A DNA stretch of 63,262 bases, counting the filler, from Guillardia theta CCMP2712 (taxonomy: Eukaryota; Protista; Cryptophyta): NCBI RefSeq assembly GCF_000315625.1. It is 5 parts of 5 records of this genome, joined end to end, with 100 filler letters (N's around TTAATTAATTAA, not from the genome) between each part and the next. Parts side by side here need not be neighbours in the genome. Positions count along the whole stretch, not along the records: positions 1 to 30,236 come from NW_005434459.1; 4 more parts are not named here. The stretch is one strand, 5' to 3'. Position 1 is the stretch's first letter, and the number at the start of each line of letters is the position of its first letter. Under the pieces are notes generated by a model. That model was given only the letters and a program-made list of their open reading frames with translations, was not told the DNA's origin and made no database searches. This document shows, one piece after another, positions 11,817-23,300 of this stretch. The position numbers and the translations under genes are program-made.

Positions 11817-12015
11817 CCTGCTCTCCTGCTGTTACTGCCCCTCCTGCTCTCCTGCTCTCCTGCTGTTACTGCCCCTCCTGCCCTCCTGCCCTCCCGCTGT
11901 TACTGCCCCTCCTGCTCTCCTGCTCTCCTGCTGTTACTGCCCCTCCTGCTCTCCTGCTCTCCTGCTGTTACTGCCCCTCCTGCCCTCCTGCCCCTCCTGC
12001 CCTCCTGCTCTCCTG
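11817..12015. repeat. Minisatellite of CCTGCTCT / CCTGCTGTTACTGCCCCT units
   Basis: Directly visible. Confidence 0.85.
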
Positions 12016-12267
12016 CACCGTCTCACCTCCCTGCCTCCTTCTTCCTTGTCTTGCTCTTGCTCCTGACCTGCCCGATTGCTGCTCATATTCATTCCCCTGG
12101 GGTCTCCCGCCCTGATTTGCTCCTTCCCCTCCCTCCCTCCGCTCTTCTAATCCTCCTCCCCTCCACTCTGTTTCTACCATCCTCCCCTGCATACCCGCCA
12201 CTTGCCTCTGTTTCACCTCTCCCCTGCAAACTCGTTCTAACACCTCCCCTGCGATCTCTCCTATAAC

Positions 12268-14157
12268 ATGCGCCTTGTCCACGTCCTCTTTCTCATCCTC
12301 CTCCTCCTCCCCTCCCTCCTGTCTGATCAGCCTGCTCCAACGCAATCGCGTTCTCGCCCAAAGCAGCTACCCAGCAAGTTCAGCCGTGAACGAGCAGGAG
12401 AGGCAGAGATCAACTTGGGTCCTCGACTCTCAACAGAGGAGGAGAAGAAGGAGAAGAAGAGGGGGAAAGAGAGGACGAAGAAGAAGAATCACAAGGCGAT
12501 CTATCGCCCCACAGAGGTTCTGCGACCGAGCCCTTATGTTCTGAGCGAGGATCCGAACCATCCTAACATGCGGACATACTATCCCCGCGGCCAAGAGCAT
12601 ACGGCCAACTTGATGCCCGAGAATACTTTCTTCAAAGATCACGACTCCGAGGTGTTGCTCGCTTTGCTGCTCGATCAGAGTATAAGTGTCTTGGGTGATG
12701 ACTGTGTTGTTTGCTGTGAATGTGTGTGTGTGAGCCTGATCATGAAATCTGTTCATGTCACTGAAATATGCTTGTCTCACTCAAGTATGTTTGACGGGCT
12801 GAAGTATGTTTTTCTCACTTGAACTATGTTTGTCTCATGCCGAGGACTCGTCGTTTCTTGACGTGCTGCAATCTTTGTGGGTTTGGATTTCCCCATTTGA
12901 CGAGATTTTGTAGAAAGATGAATCGGACCCATGGAAAGAGTTCAACAGGGTGGCAGATATGGACAGCAAGGAGCACGAGCAGGAGATCTGGAACAAGTTG
13001 GAAGAGAAGTAAGGAAATCCCATCACATCATTTGAACAACGTTTTTCATCTACACATCACAGTTGTTCCTTCAAACGGCTCTCATCCACATTACTCCTCT
13101 CTCTTCCAAACCTTGTCTCTCACTGCTTCACTCCTCTCTTCTTCCAAACCTTTCCTTGCATTGAACGCTTCTTCTTGTCCGGCAGCGGGGCGGACATCAG
13201 GAGATGGCTGGATGATGGCGAATACCACAAGACTATCGACAAGTACGGCCTTCAAGACATCACCAAGTTCAAGCACCTCTGCCCTCCCATGTGGTTCGAA
13301 CTACCTGGGTCCTCCGACGACGAGGAGCAGTTGGACAGGGCGGTGAGTCCCCAGCTGGAGCTAGGCTGGATAGCCCGTCCGAGCTGAGAACGTCCGACGT
13401 CCCTGACTGACTTCCCAGCTCTGCATGCCGAGCGACGACGAGGTTCAGCCGCCGACGGTGGACGAGCCGTTCTGCATGAAGTGCCAGAGCTTGCTGGGCA
13501 TGCGCGACATCAACTTGGGGCTCGAAGAGGACGTAAGGCGCACACGTAGCAGGAGACGGTGGCTGACGAGTTTTCCCAGCCGACGGATCCGAAGTGTAGA
13601 AGCTGCGGGTACCTCAACCCGGCCGGGCCGGACGGGATGCTGCTCAACGGCGCGAGAAGTACCTTCTTGCACTTTGGGGCGTCGCAGAAGCTGCAGGGGC
13701 TGCAGGAGGATCAGATTGATGAGATGCTGAAAGAGGATTCCGATGTTGCGGATCAGGTGCTGTCGGCTGCAGTCGCTCCTGCCTCCCCCGCACAGTCTCT
13801 CGCTCCACCTGCCTCCTCCTCCTCCTCCTCCTCCTCCTCCTCCTCTTCCGACACCTTCTCGTTGTCATCCTTTCTCTCCGCCCTTATCCTCCCCTTCCCG
13901 TTCCCCTTCCTTCTCCTCTCCACCCCCTTCGTTGCCCTCCTCCTCCACTTCTTGCTCCTCCTCTTCCTTCTCTCCCCCTAACATTCTTGGATCAGCTGCA
14001 CAACTTTGAAGAGCACCGCCCTCAGATGGAAGAGAAGTGCGACGAGTGCGGCTACACCAAGGCCTACTACTGGTCCGCTCAAGTTCGCAGCATGGACGAG
14101 GGGCAGACGACTTTCTTCGAGTGTGTTCGGTGTGGACATGTGTGGAGTATCAAGTAG
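12268..14157 (+). CDS. RPA12: RNA polymerase I subunit RPA12-like protein (two zinc ribbons) with long N-terminal extension and signal peptide
   Basis: In-frame exons 12268-12651, 12914-13008, 13186-13342, 13419-13532, 13580-13756 and 13996-14157. N-ribbon FCMKCQSLL...CRSCGY. C-terminal TFIIS-type ribbon CDECGYTKAYYWSAQVRSMDEGQTTFFECVRCGHVW. DEGQT is typical of RPA12, whereas RPC11/TFIIS have DEPMT. Confidence 0.8.
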
Positions 14158-14372
14158 GCCTGTGATGGTCGTGAGAAGGTAGTATGCAAGGGAGAGTTTG
14201 TTCGTGGTAGTTGTGTGGAGCGGGAGGGAAGGGAAGGTGGAGGGGCAGATGTGCTGTAGGTGATGGGTACGAGCTTGTGGTATGGAAGACTTGCGCTTTA
14301 TTACTTTAAGAACAAACATCTTATTCATCAATTATCGTACATTTGAGTGTCGTGCCTGGATACTTTGGGTAT

Positions 14373-17300
14373 TCATCTATCTGCGGACAACATCTGCAGA
14401 TCAAGTCAGTGGAGTGTAAGAGACAAGTGGGGGAGTTTGAAGATAAGTATGGCGATGATAACAGCTCAAGATGCCTTCAAGTGTCTTCACCTGCAGTGGA
14501 ATACCAAGACGCTGCTGAATCTCCTCGACTTGTGCCTGGTGAAAGAGATGAGGGGAGAGAAGATGGAGAGGGTCATGGTGTTGTCAAGGCAAGGAAACAG
14601 AGCGAGAGAGATGAAGAGAATGGAGAGGAGGAAGGAAAACGGAAGGAAGAAAGAGATGCTGAGGGAGGGCAGCAGAGAGATAGAACAAGGAAAGGGAGGG
14701 AGGGAGGGAAGTTACCTTGACAACATCCTTCATCTTCATGATCCTGTCAATCTCTTCGGATGAGGATCGCACTTGTTGAGATTCTGGTGTGGACGAGAAA
14801 GCTGCTCCTCCTGCTTCTCCTCCCCATCCTCCTCCTCCTCCACCACGAATACTTCATGTGCAGAATATTACTGAGAGGGAAAAACCCTTCGTTAGGCTGC
14901 GAGTCTGCTCTTATATAGGTTTTTTCTAGATCCTGCCCTGAGCNNNNNNNNNNNNNNNNNNNNNNNNNNNNNNNNNNNNNNNNNNNNNNNNNNNNNNNNN
15001 NNNNNNNNNNNNNNNNNNNNNNNNNNNNNNNNNNNNNNNNNNNTCTCCTCCCACCTCCTCCTCCTCCTCCTCCTCCTCCTCCTCCTCCTCCTCCTCCTCC
15101 TCCTCTTGCTGCTCCTGCTGATGGGGGTGGTGCTGGCTCCTCCTCCTTACGAGTAGGGGTCTTGTGGGCATGGGAGGAAGAGCTCTCTCTCTCGCTCTTC
15201 TTACTCGAAGCTCCGGCGCGAAGGTTGGGATACTCTACCATCACCTCCAGCCGCACTCGCTCCTCGATGAAGCGCATCAGGCTGTCTCGGATCTGCATCG
15301 CGTCAAGAGGAGGCGACAGCGTCATCTCTAGGATCTTCTCCCCGTCCTGCAGTCGTCTGCTCCCTCCAGCCAGGCTGCCGGCGTGAGGGACGTCCGTTCC
15401 CCGCGGGAACTGGTACTGGAGCTTGGCCAGGAGAGTCTCTACCTGAGCGAGGAGGAGGCTGCCTAGGGATCTCAGGGACGACTCGAGGGTCTTGGCAACG
15501 CCGTTTGCGGTCTCGATGTCAGCCATCTTGTTCAGGACGAGCTTCTGGAGTTTTGCGTCCTTGGCCTCAAGCTGCTTGACGTTCTCCTGCAGAGATTCGC
15601 ATTCTGCTGTGATCGCATCGACCCGCAACTTCGCCGCCTTTGCGCTCTCTTCCTTCCTTTCCACGTCCCCGCGAAGTTTCCGGATGCTCTCCCTCAGGGT
15701 TGCCACCTGCTCCTCCTTCTCCTGCAGCTCGGAGACTTGCTGGTTGAGCTTGTCGATCTTGAGTCGCAGCTCCTTGATAATCCCTTCCTTCCTCAGCAGA
15801 TCTGCGTTCAGCGACTTGACCTTCTCCTGCAGCCGCTGAACCTCCTGCGCTACATCCTCCCTCTCCTCGATCGACGAGAGTTTCTCTCGGAGGTTCTTGA
15901 TGGTCTGCTCCTTCGCCTTCAAGTCCTTCGTCAGCCTCTTCAGCTTCTCGTCCAGGTTGTCCCGTTCCTGCTGCATCGACTTGAGAGCCAGGTCTTGCTC
16001 GGCGCGATCAGCCTTGCACGCGCTCAGCATCTGCGACTTCTTCGCCATCTCTGCGCTGACGCTCTTGACATGCTCGCGCTCCCGCTTCAGATCGTCCTTG
16101 AGAGAGGCCCACTCGTCGGGCGAGTGCCAGCCCTCCATCGCGATCAGCTGTTGGTGCATGGCCTCCATCTCGTTCGCCGCCACCGTCATGTCTTCCTTGA
16201 TCTGCTTCCTCATCTTCTCCTTGTCGCTCTCGAGCTCCACCACCCTCTCCCTCACGAAGGAAAGTTCTCGCTGAAGGCTGGCCGCCCGCTCTTCCGCTCT
16301 ACTTCTTTCCTCCTGGTTGCAACGTCAGCAAGAGTGGAAGGAGAATGTCTGCGGCAGAGGCATCAGAGGCAGCAGAATCACCTCGGCGCGGGTACAAGCC
16401 TTGTTCTTCGCCTTCAGCTCTTCCTTAGCACCCTCGAGCTCTTCGCTCATCGCATCCAACTTAGCGGTGGTTGCCTGGAGCTCGTCATGGCCTGTGGAAT
16501 CAAACGTGCATGTAGAACCTTGCTGATATCTTTGTGTTCTTTCAACTCCTTCTTGAACACCTCCAACAGCGAGTACAACTCTGAGGTGTCCTCGGGGCCT
16601 TCCTGCTGCGAGGTCGCCTGTAGGGCTGCCACCCTTGCTCGCAGCGAAGCAATCAGCTCGTCTTGCGCTTTAAGCTCGTCGACGTGCCTGTACTCACGTC
16701 AATCGAGTAGAACCTGTCATGGGGAGCTGGAGGGCAAGGAGAACTTGTCATGGGGAGCTGGACAGCTGGGAAGGCACAAGAGTTGAGTCAAGGCCGTTCA
16801 CCGGGCATTTGGAGAGTCGTAAAACCCTTGGCCCTCTGAGACTGGGGAGTCAGGAGGAGGTAGGACCCGTGAACGGCTGGGGGATGAAGTTCAGCGAGGT
16901 AAAGGACAATCTTCAAGCAGAAAGTAGGACACCTGCCGTGACTCCTGTCACTGCCCTTGACCTGATCTCCGTATTCTTCTCTGACGCTCCATTGCTGCGC
17001 CTCTAGGGCAAGCACTTTGGCGTTGGATTTCTCAGCTTCACTGGACTTTTCCTCCAACTTTCTGCATTGCACTTGAGGGTCAGGGACAGTGGAAAGGTTG
17101 TGAAGTCCAGCTGTACCGTCGGAGCGAAGCAATCTCTCCGTTCAGAGAGCTCATAAGGTTTTCAGCGTCAGCCAACTTCTTCCTTTGGTTGTCAATCTGT
17201 GCCTGAGACGAGTAAGGAGCAGCAACAAGGGGACTCTACTCGTACCACATATTCTTGCTCCAAGGCTTCTTGCTCCCTGCAACCCACCTCGTCAGCCTGA

Positions 17301-20300
17301 CGCAAAATATTCGGGGACGAATCGCACGTCTTGTAATGGTTCAGCTCCTCCTGCCAAGATGACATCAGTTCTGTAGGATCAAGTGATATTTGAGCACCTG
17401 GAATCGCAGCATCTGTGCGCTCGACTCGGCCGTCTTCTTGTCCAGTTGCTGGTTGAGCGCATCGCACCTCCTGTAAAGTTCTTCTCTCTCAGCTCTCAAA
17501 CTCTTCACAAGTTCCTCCGTCTCTCTCATCCTGCAGTCGAAGGGGATGAGATTGAACCAGCAGTCAGTCATACTTCAACCTTTTGTTCGAGTCCTTTCTC
17601 CACACCTCCTCCAACTCCACGATCCGTCGTTGCATGCTTTCGATCTAGATGGCGACATTTAAGGACACCAACACCAAAGTCCCACTCTGCTCACCTGCGA
17701 ATTCTTGTCGTGGATGACCTCTTTATGGAACAAGAATTGTTTCTCCACCACAGTTGTCACGCTTCCAACTTCCCTTATCACTTGGGAAATTTCTCGTTGA
17801 ATCTTCGACAGCAAGTCAGGATATTCGGTCTCCACGAGAATAAGTGCACATACCTGCGAAGCAAAATTCGAAAAGTTGTTCCTATCCTGGATGAATTTGA
17901 GGTGTTTGGTTTCTGCAGAACAAGCTCGCGATTCTTGATTCTTGAGGTCCTAAAAAGTGCTGATTATCAGCGTGTGAATGACCGGCAAGGGCTCACCTTC
18001 TTGCACTCGCTGAGTTGGTTGACGACGTCATCGAGCTTTTGTTTAAGGAGGGAGTTCTCCTTCAGAGTAGAGTCAGACTGGACAAGAGTGAAGGAGAGAC
18101 TATTTGACCTTTGTTTGCTCTCGGACCTGAATGTTGAGCGCCTCGTTTGCCTTCTGCTCCTCTATAAGATTTCAAGCAATTCGGAGGAGCAAACCTCACA
18201 TTCAACTTTGACAGGGACTCTTTCAGCTTGACCTCGGTGTCCATTTCTTTCAAACACCTGGAAGATCTCTCTTGTCAATACAAGACAGAGCACCTGAAGG
18301 GAATAAATCAGAACCTTGAAGCTAACTCTAGCTCGGCATCATGTGTGGGTACACGACTTTGACTGGATTCCTTGGCCTGACCGCTCTCCGACGTCTTCAC
18401 ATCCGATAGCTCATGCTCCAACTCCCTTATCCTCTTCTTATATGATTCTTCCTTCAGCCTGAAGCCATAGATCTCCTAGAAAGCATTGGTCACAGGTGTG
18501 CAGGAAAGCAATCTGATTCATCATGCAGTATCACGAGTTCTTCCTACCTGATGAAGAACCAGAACTTCATTCGTTTTTGGATCGTGTGATGAGACATTAG
18601 ATTCGTTGCCCTTGACAGGTGTAGATTCTTCTTCAATGGCTGGTAATCGACTGTTGGCCTCGTCCTGTATCTCTTCTCTGGCTCTCTGAAACTGAACAAA
18701 GTCGTTGATATGGATCCGCACCAATCTCAGCTGAACTGCATACTCTTGAACGACCGCTGCCAACTCATGTTGAAGGATTTCAGTTTGCTGCTTGACTTGC
18801 TCAGCCAGCAACGATTTCTGTCGATCATCGGCTTCCACTTCCTTGTACTCGACCTCTCTCTGTTCGAGGTTCAAGCAATCAATCTTTATCCTCGCATCTG
18901 CTAGCTGCCTCTTGAGTCTGTCGACCTCCAAGGCATGTTTCGAAGTTGCCTCGAGCATCTTCTGCTTCAAGGAATTCATCTCCTTTTCGTATCGCTCCTT
19001 CACTGGCTCCTTGATCTTGACCGTTCTCTTGGGGTTTGTGACATTGAGTTCTTTCAGGGTTTCATTGGACCCTCGAGCCGGCACCTGATTTCCTCCATGT
19101 AAGATGATTGCTTGCATGTCTTTTTCAGCTCGAGACAAATTATTCATCTGATGTTGAACTCTGTTCGATAAGGTCGCGCAGATGGAAGAGAACTGAGTGC
19201 TTTCAGCATTCTTGTCAAGTTCAGCGATGAAAGATTTCAAGGAGGCTTTTTGAGCGATCTCCTCGACTAGTTGTGATTTCACCCTTGAAAGAATGTTGGA
19301 AGGAATCTCGTGATGCTCATTCAAGTCCCACAGTGCCTGTATGAAGACTTGTTCGGACGAGCTCTGCTTATCCAGAATGTTGTCCAACACGTACAACCAA
19401 TCAAGAAGATCTTGTGGGGATTTTCCTGCAGACTTTGTTCCCTGAATTGTTCGACGTTTCGTGCTGGTACTGTCCTGACTTGCAGCAACCTCATGAAGGT
19501 TCTTGTTTGTTTGCTCGTTCATCGAGAAGAAGAGATTTTGAGTCTGTTGCAGTTGCTGGATCGTCCCATCCTTCTGTGCAATCACAATTCTCAATTCTTG
19601 TTCAGTTTGTAGCGCACGCTTCAGCTTTCTGTTTGCATCAGTCTCGGCCACCTTCGCTGCTATCACTTGTTTCGAAAGTGCCGTAGCAGACGCCTGGTTC
19701 TTGCTCCCATCCTTCGATGCTACTTGAGCCAACGTCTTCTCTAACGAAGCCAGAATTTCGTCCTTCCGCATCAGCTCCTCTTGGAGGGAGAAAGTTTCGC
19801 CCTTTAATCCGTTGATTTCTGCCGAGAGCCTGAAAGCCTCCTCATCGTGTACAAGATCATTCTCTTTCGAATTGACCACATCCTTGACAAGATCCAGATC
19901 CGTCTGTGTGTATCTTTCAATCACATTCCTGGACTGTCTCAAGAGTTCGATCTTTTCAAGCTCTTCCCACTTCTTCTGGATTCTTTCGAGCTCCATTTCG
20001 TTCTGTCTTTCAAAAATCTCCTTATTTCTTTGAAATTCCACGACAATATCACTCTTTTGAGCCAGAAATTCCTTTTCTAACTTGTCTAGCTGACTCCTGT
20101 TCATCAAACCAGAATAAGTAAGGTGAAATCAGAGATGTTGAGCAAATGATATGTGAGATTGTCACCTGAACGAGAGGGCTGTCTCAGATTTCCATCTCTC
20201 TGAATCTTCGTACAAGGCTTTGAACTTTGATGCTTCCTCGTGCGATTTCTCTGCATTGGTATGTGCAATTTGAAGTTCTGCCTTCAAAGTGAACAAATCT

Positions 20301-23300
20301 GCAACAAATTTTGTATCAAACAGAGCGATTCAACTTGATTTGATGTATTCACCGGCTTCCGCTTTGCTCCACATCTCGTAAAGATCTTCAGGTCGGCAGG
20401 GCAAGTCAATTTGTGGAGTCTTGCTCTTGAGAGACTTCAACTCGTGCTGCTCGTTTGATCAAGAGAATAGATGAAACAAGGTCAACTTGTACCTGCATAT
20501 CCACCATTCTCTCTTCCAGTCGCTGGTTTTCGTCACTGAAGATCGTGTTCCGCCTGTGACAGGATGAGTCTGGAACAAACATAGAGGTTCTAATGGAGGA
20601 AACACTGACTTTCGAAGGTCATCGAGACGTCGTTGTGCATGACTGAGCTCTTCTTTCAGGAGTTCTTGTGCAGCTTTCTGGGAGCTGAGTTCATCGGCAA
20701 GGCGAACAATCTACGGATCTCATCACGGACAGTCCGGGAGGATTCAAACGAAACAACCGGATCTGAAAAACTCTCGTCTGTGATGTACTTGAGAATTTCA
20801 TTCCGAAAGTACTCGAGGAGTGACTTCCGTAACTCCTGCCAGGGATTTCACAATCCAACAGCACAAGGCGAGAAGCAAACAACCTCGACTTTGGAGCTTG
20901 ACATCTTCTCAGCCTGCAAAGTTGCGTTGGCTAACGCCTGCATCCATGGTCACGACGCTCTCATCATTGGAAATTCTGGAGACCATCGAATGCTCAGAAG
21001 CCAAAATTTCTTGACGGCGTTTCAAAGACTCGTGAGCCTGCGAGATAAGATCAAAGGAGACCAGGAAACACAGCGATCTACCTGAGAGAGAGAGTCTCTG
21101 TCCGCACACGCCTGAGCTAAGGATGAGGAGTACTCAACAGCCCTCTTGTTTGCCAAGTCCAACTGCATGAAATGTGAGAGGAAGAAGATTCGAAAGAGTT
21201 TCTATTCACCTGAGAGATCAGGATCTGTATCTTGGATTCAAGAACTGCAACGCGAGTCCATGCCTTGTTGTGCTCTGATGAAAAACTTTCTCTCCATCGT
21301 TGCAGCACATCGGCGACACTGTTTGACAGTTTGAGAGGAGGACATCAAGTCAATGAACAGGGATTCTTGCACACCGATTCTCTTCGAGGATCTGCGACCT
21401 CAAGCTCATGTCGAGCGACGATGACAAGATCTTGTTCTTGTTCTCTTGTAGTGTCAAATTCCATTCTAACAAGAACTTGGCTTGGATCAGTTGTTCAACC
21501 TGAAGGTGGAGTCAAATGAATCGATGCATCGAGATGAAATGAAATGTACCATGAGAGTCGCATCCGAGATCATGTTCTCTTGAAAATCCTCAAGCATCTG
21601 CTGGGTCAAAACTTCATGGGCTTCAACTTCACGCCTGTATTGCTCTGCCCTTTGAAATAGCGTGCCAAGAATTTGATCTCTCAAGGATGCCGCCTTGATT
21701 TCAAAATATTAGTCAAATCTCTCAAAAGTGTGATGAACCTGGAATGGACTCTCGAACATCTGTGCTTTGGCTATGAGATATTGAGAGTCTTGATAGACTT
21801 CTTCTAGCCTTTGTTGTAACTCTGCTTTGTGCCTCCTCGTCTCATCGTCTAAACTGAGTTTATATGCATGTATTTCAGACTCGAGCTCATTGTGATACAT
21901 GGCTTGGCGGTCCAACATTTGATTGGCCGCAGCGAGTTCATTGTCTTTGGAAGTCATCTCTGCTCGCAAGGCACCGATCTCCCGGGTTTGCAACTCTTCG
22001 TTGTCTTTCGAAGCTTGCAATCTTTCACTTTGGAATGAACACTTTTCCTGTAACTTGCCATTCTCTGCTTCCAGCTGGTTGATTCTCCACACCCGATCTT
22101 CCAACAGGTGATGCAGCTCAGAGTTTGAAATCTGCAGCTGAAGTTCATTCGCCTTGCAGGAAGAGATGCTGGCGGTCAACACAGCAATCTGTCTGTCAAG
22201 AGGGGATGTTCCTTGGAGTGCTTCAATCGTTTCCAGCAGGACAGTGAGCTGTGCACTTGCATTTGTCAGGTTCAGCTGCAATCTCTCGTTTTCTCTCTGA
22301 GCATACTCTCGAGCTTGTTTGACCTTAGAATCTGCTTCCCGGAGAGAAAGTCGAAGCTCCTCGTTCTCCCTCTCTAGCGCTTCGACGCTCTTCTTGTACA
22401 TGAAGGTCTGGTTTTCTGCCTCTTGGAGGGAAAATTGTCTCTGTTCCCGCTCCAATTTCAACTGGTCCTTCTCCCGTGTCACCTCAATGAGACGTTGCTG
22501 CATTGCAGACAATTCCTTCTGAAAGTTCACAGTAGACACGTGAATTCTCTCAGGTACTCCCACCTTTGAGGAGAAATATTCTTCTTGTTGATCCAATAGC
22601 TCCCTCTTCAACGATTCCACGTATCGTTCAACTAAGGCTTTCGACAATCTCTCGTTCTTCAATTGCTGAGCGCTGACAAGAAAATCTTTCCTGCAAGCAC
22701 TTACATCGTTCTCAACTGCTGTGAGATTTCTCTCCAGTCTGGCAATGAACTTCTCAGATTCTCCCACAAAAGCATGCAATTCAGCTTCCTTCTTCTTGTG
22801 CAACTTGCTGCTCGTGTCAATCTCAGAAGATTGACGGTCGTGCTCCTCCTTGGCTAATTTCAGGAGGCCTTCGAGTCTTTTGAGTTCTTCTTCTTGGATC
22901 TCCAGCTGGTGTGACATGGTGTTGATGAGCAAATCGTCGCTGCCTGAATGCTGTTTTGATAGGATAACTTTCTTTTCCAACTTGGCTATGCGCTCCACAA
23001 AGGATTTGTTTTCTTTTGAGAAATTCTCTGCCTGCTGTTTGGAGAAATCCAAGTCCATCTGCAGTCGCTGCTCAGAAGCCCTTAGCGCTGAGATTTCTTG
23101 CATCAAATTAGCAACTTTCTTATGTAAATCAGACTTGGAACTCAAGATCTTCACATTGCGTTCCATGTCTTGAATCTTCAGGTGACCACTCTCTCGCTGT
23201 ATTCTGAGCTCATGATTCAGATTCGAGATGATTTCTTTCTGTCCCCTCAGCTTCTGGTCCCATTCCTCTTGCAAAGAGATCTTGTCATGCTCTACTTGCA

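Noticed and set aside
15737-16786. 349-aa plus-strand ORF, and similar shadow ORFs (17383-18231, 35311-36006, 61553-62305)
   Set aside because: Antisense shadows of codon-biased genes on the opposite strand
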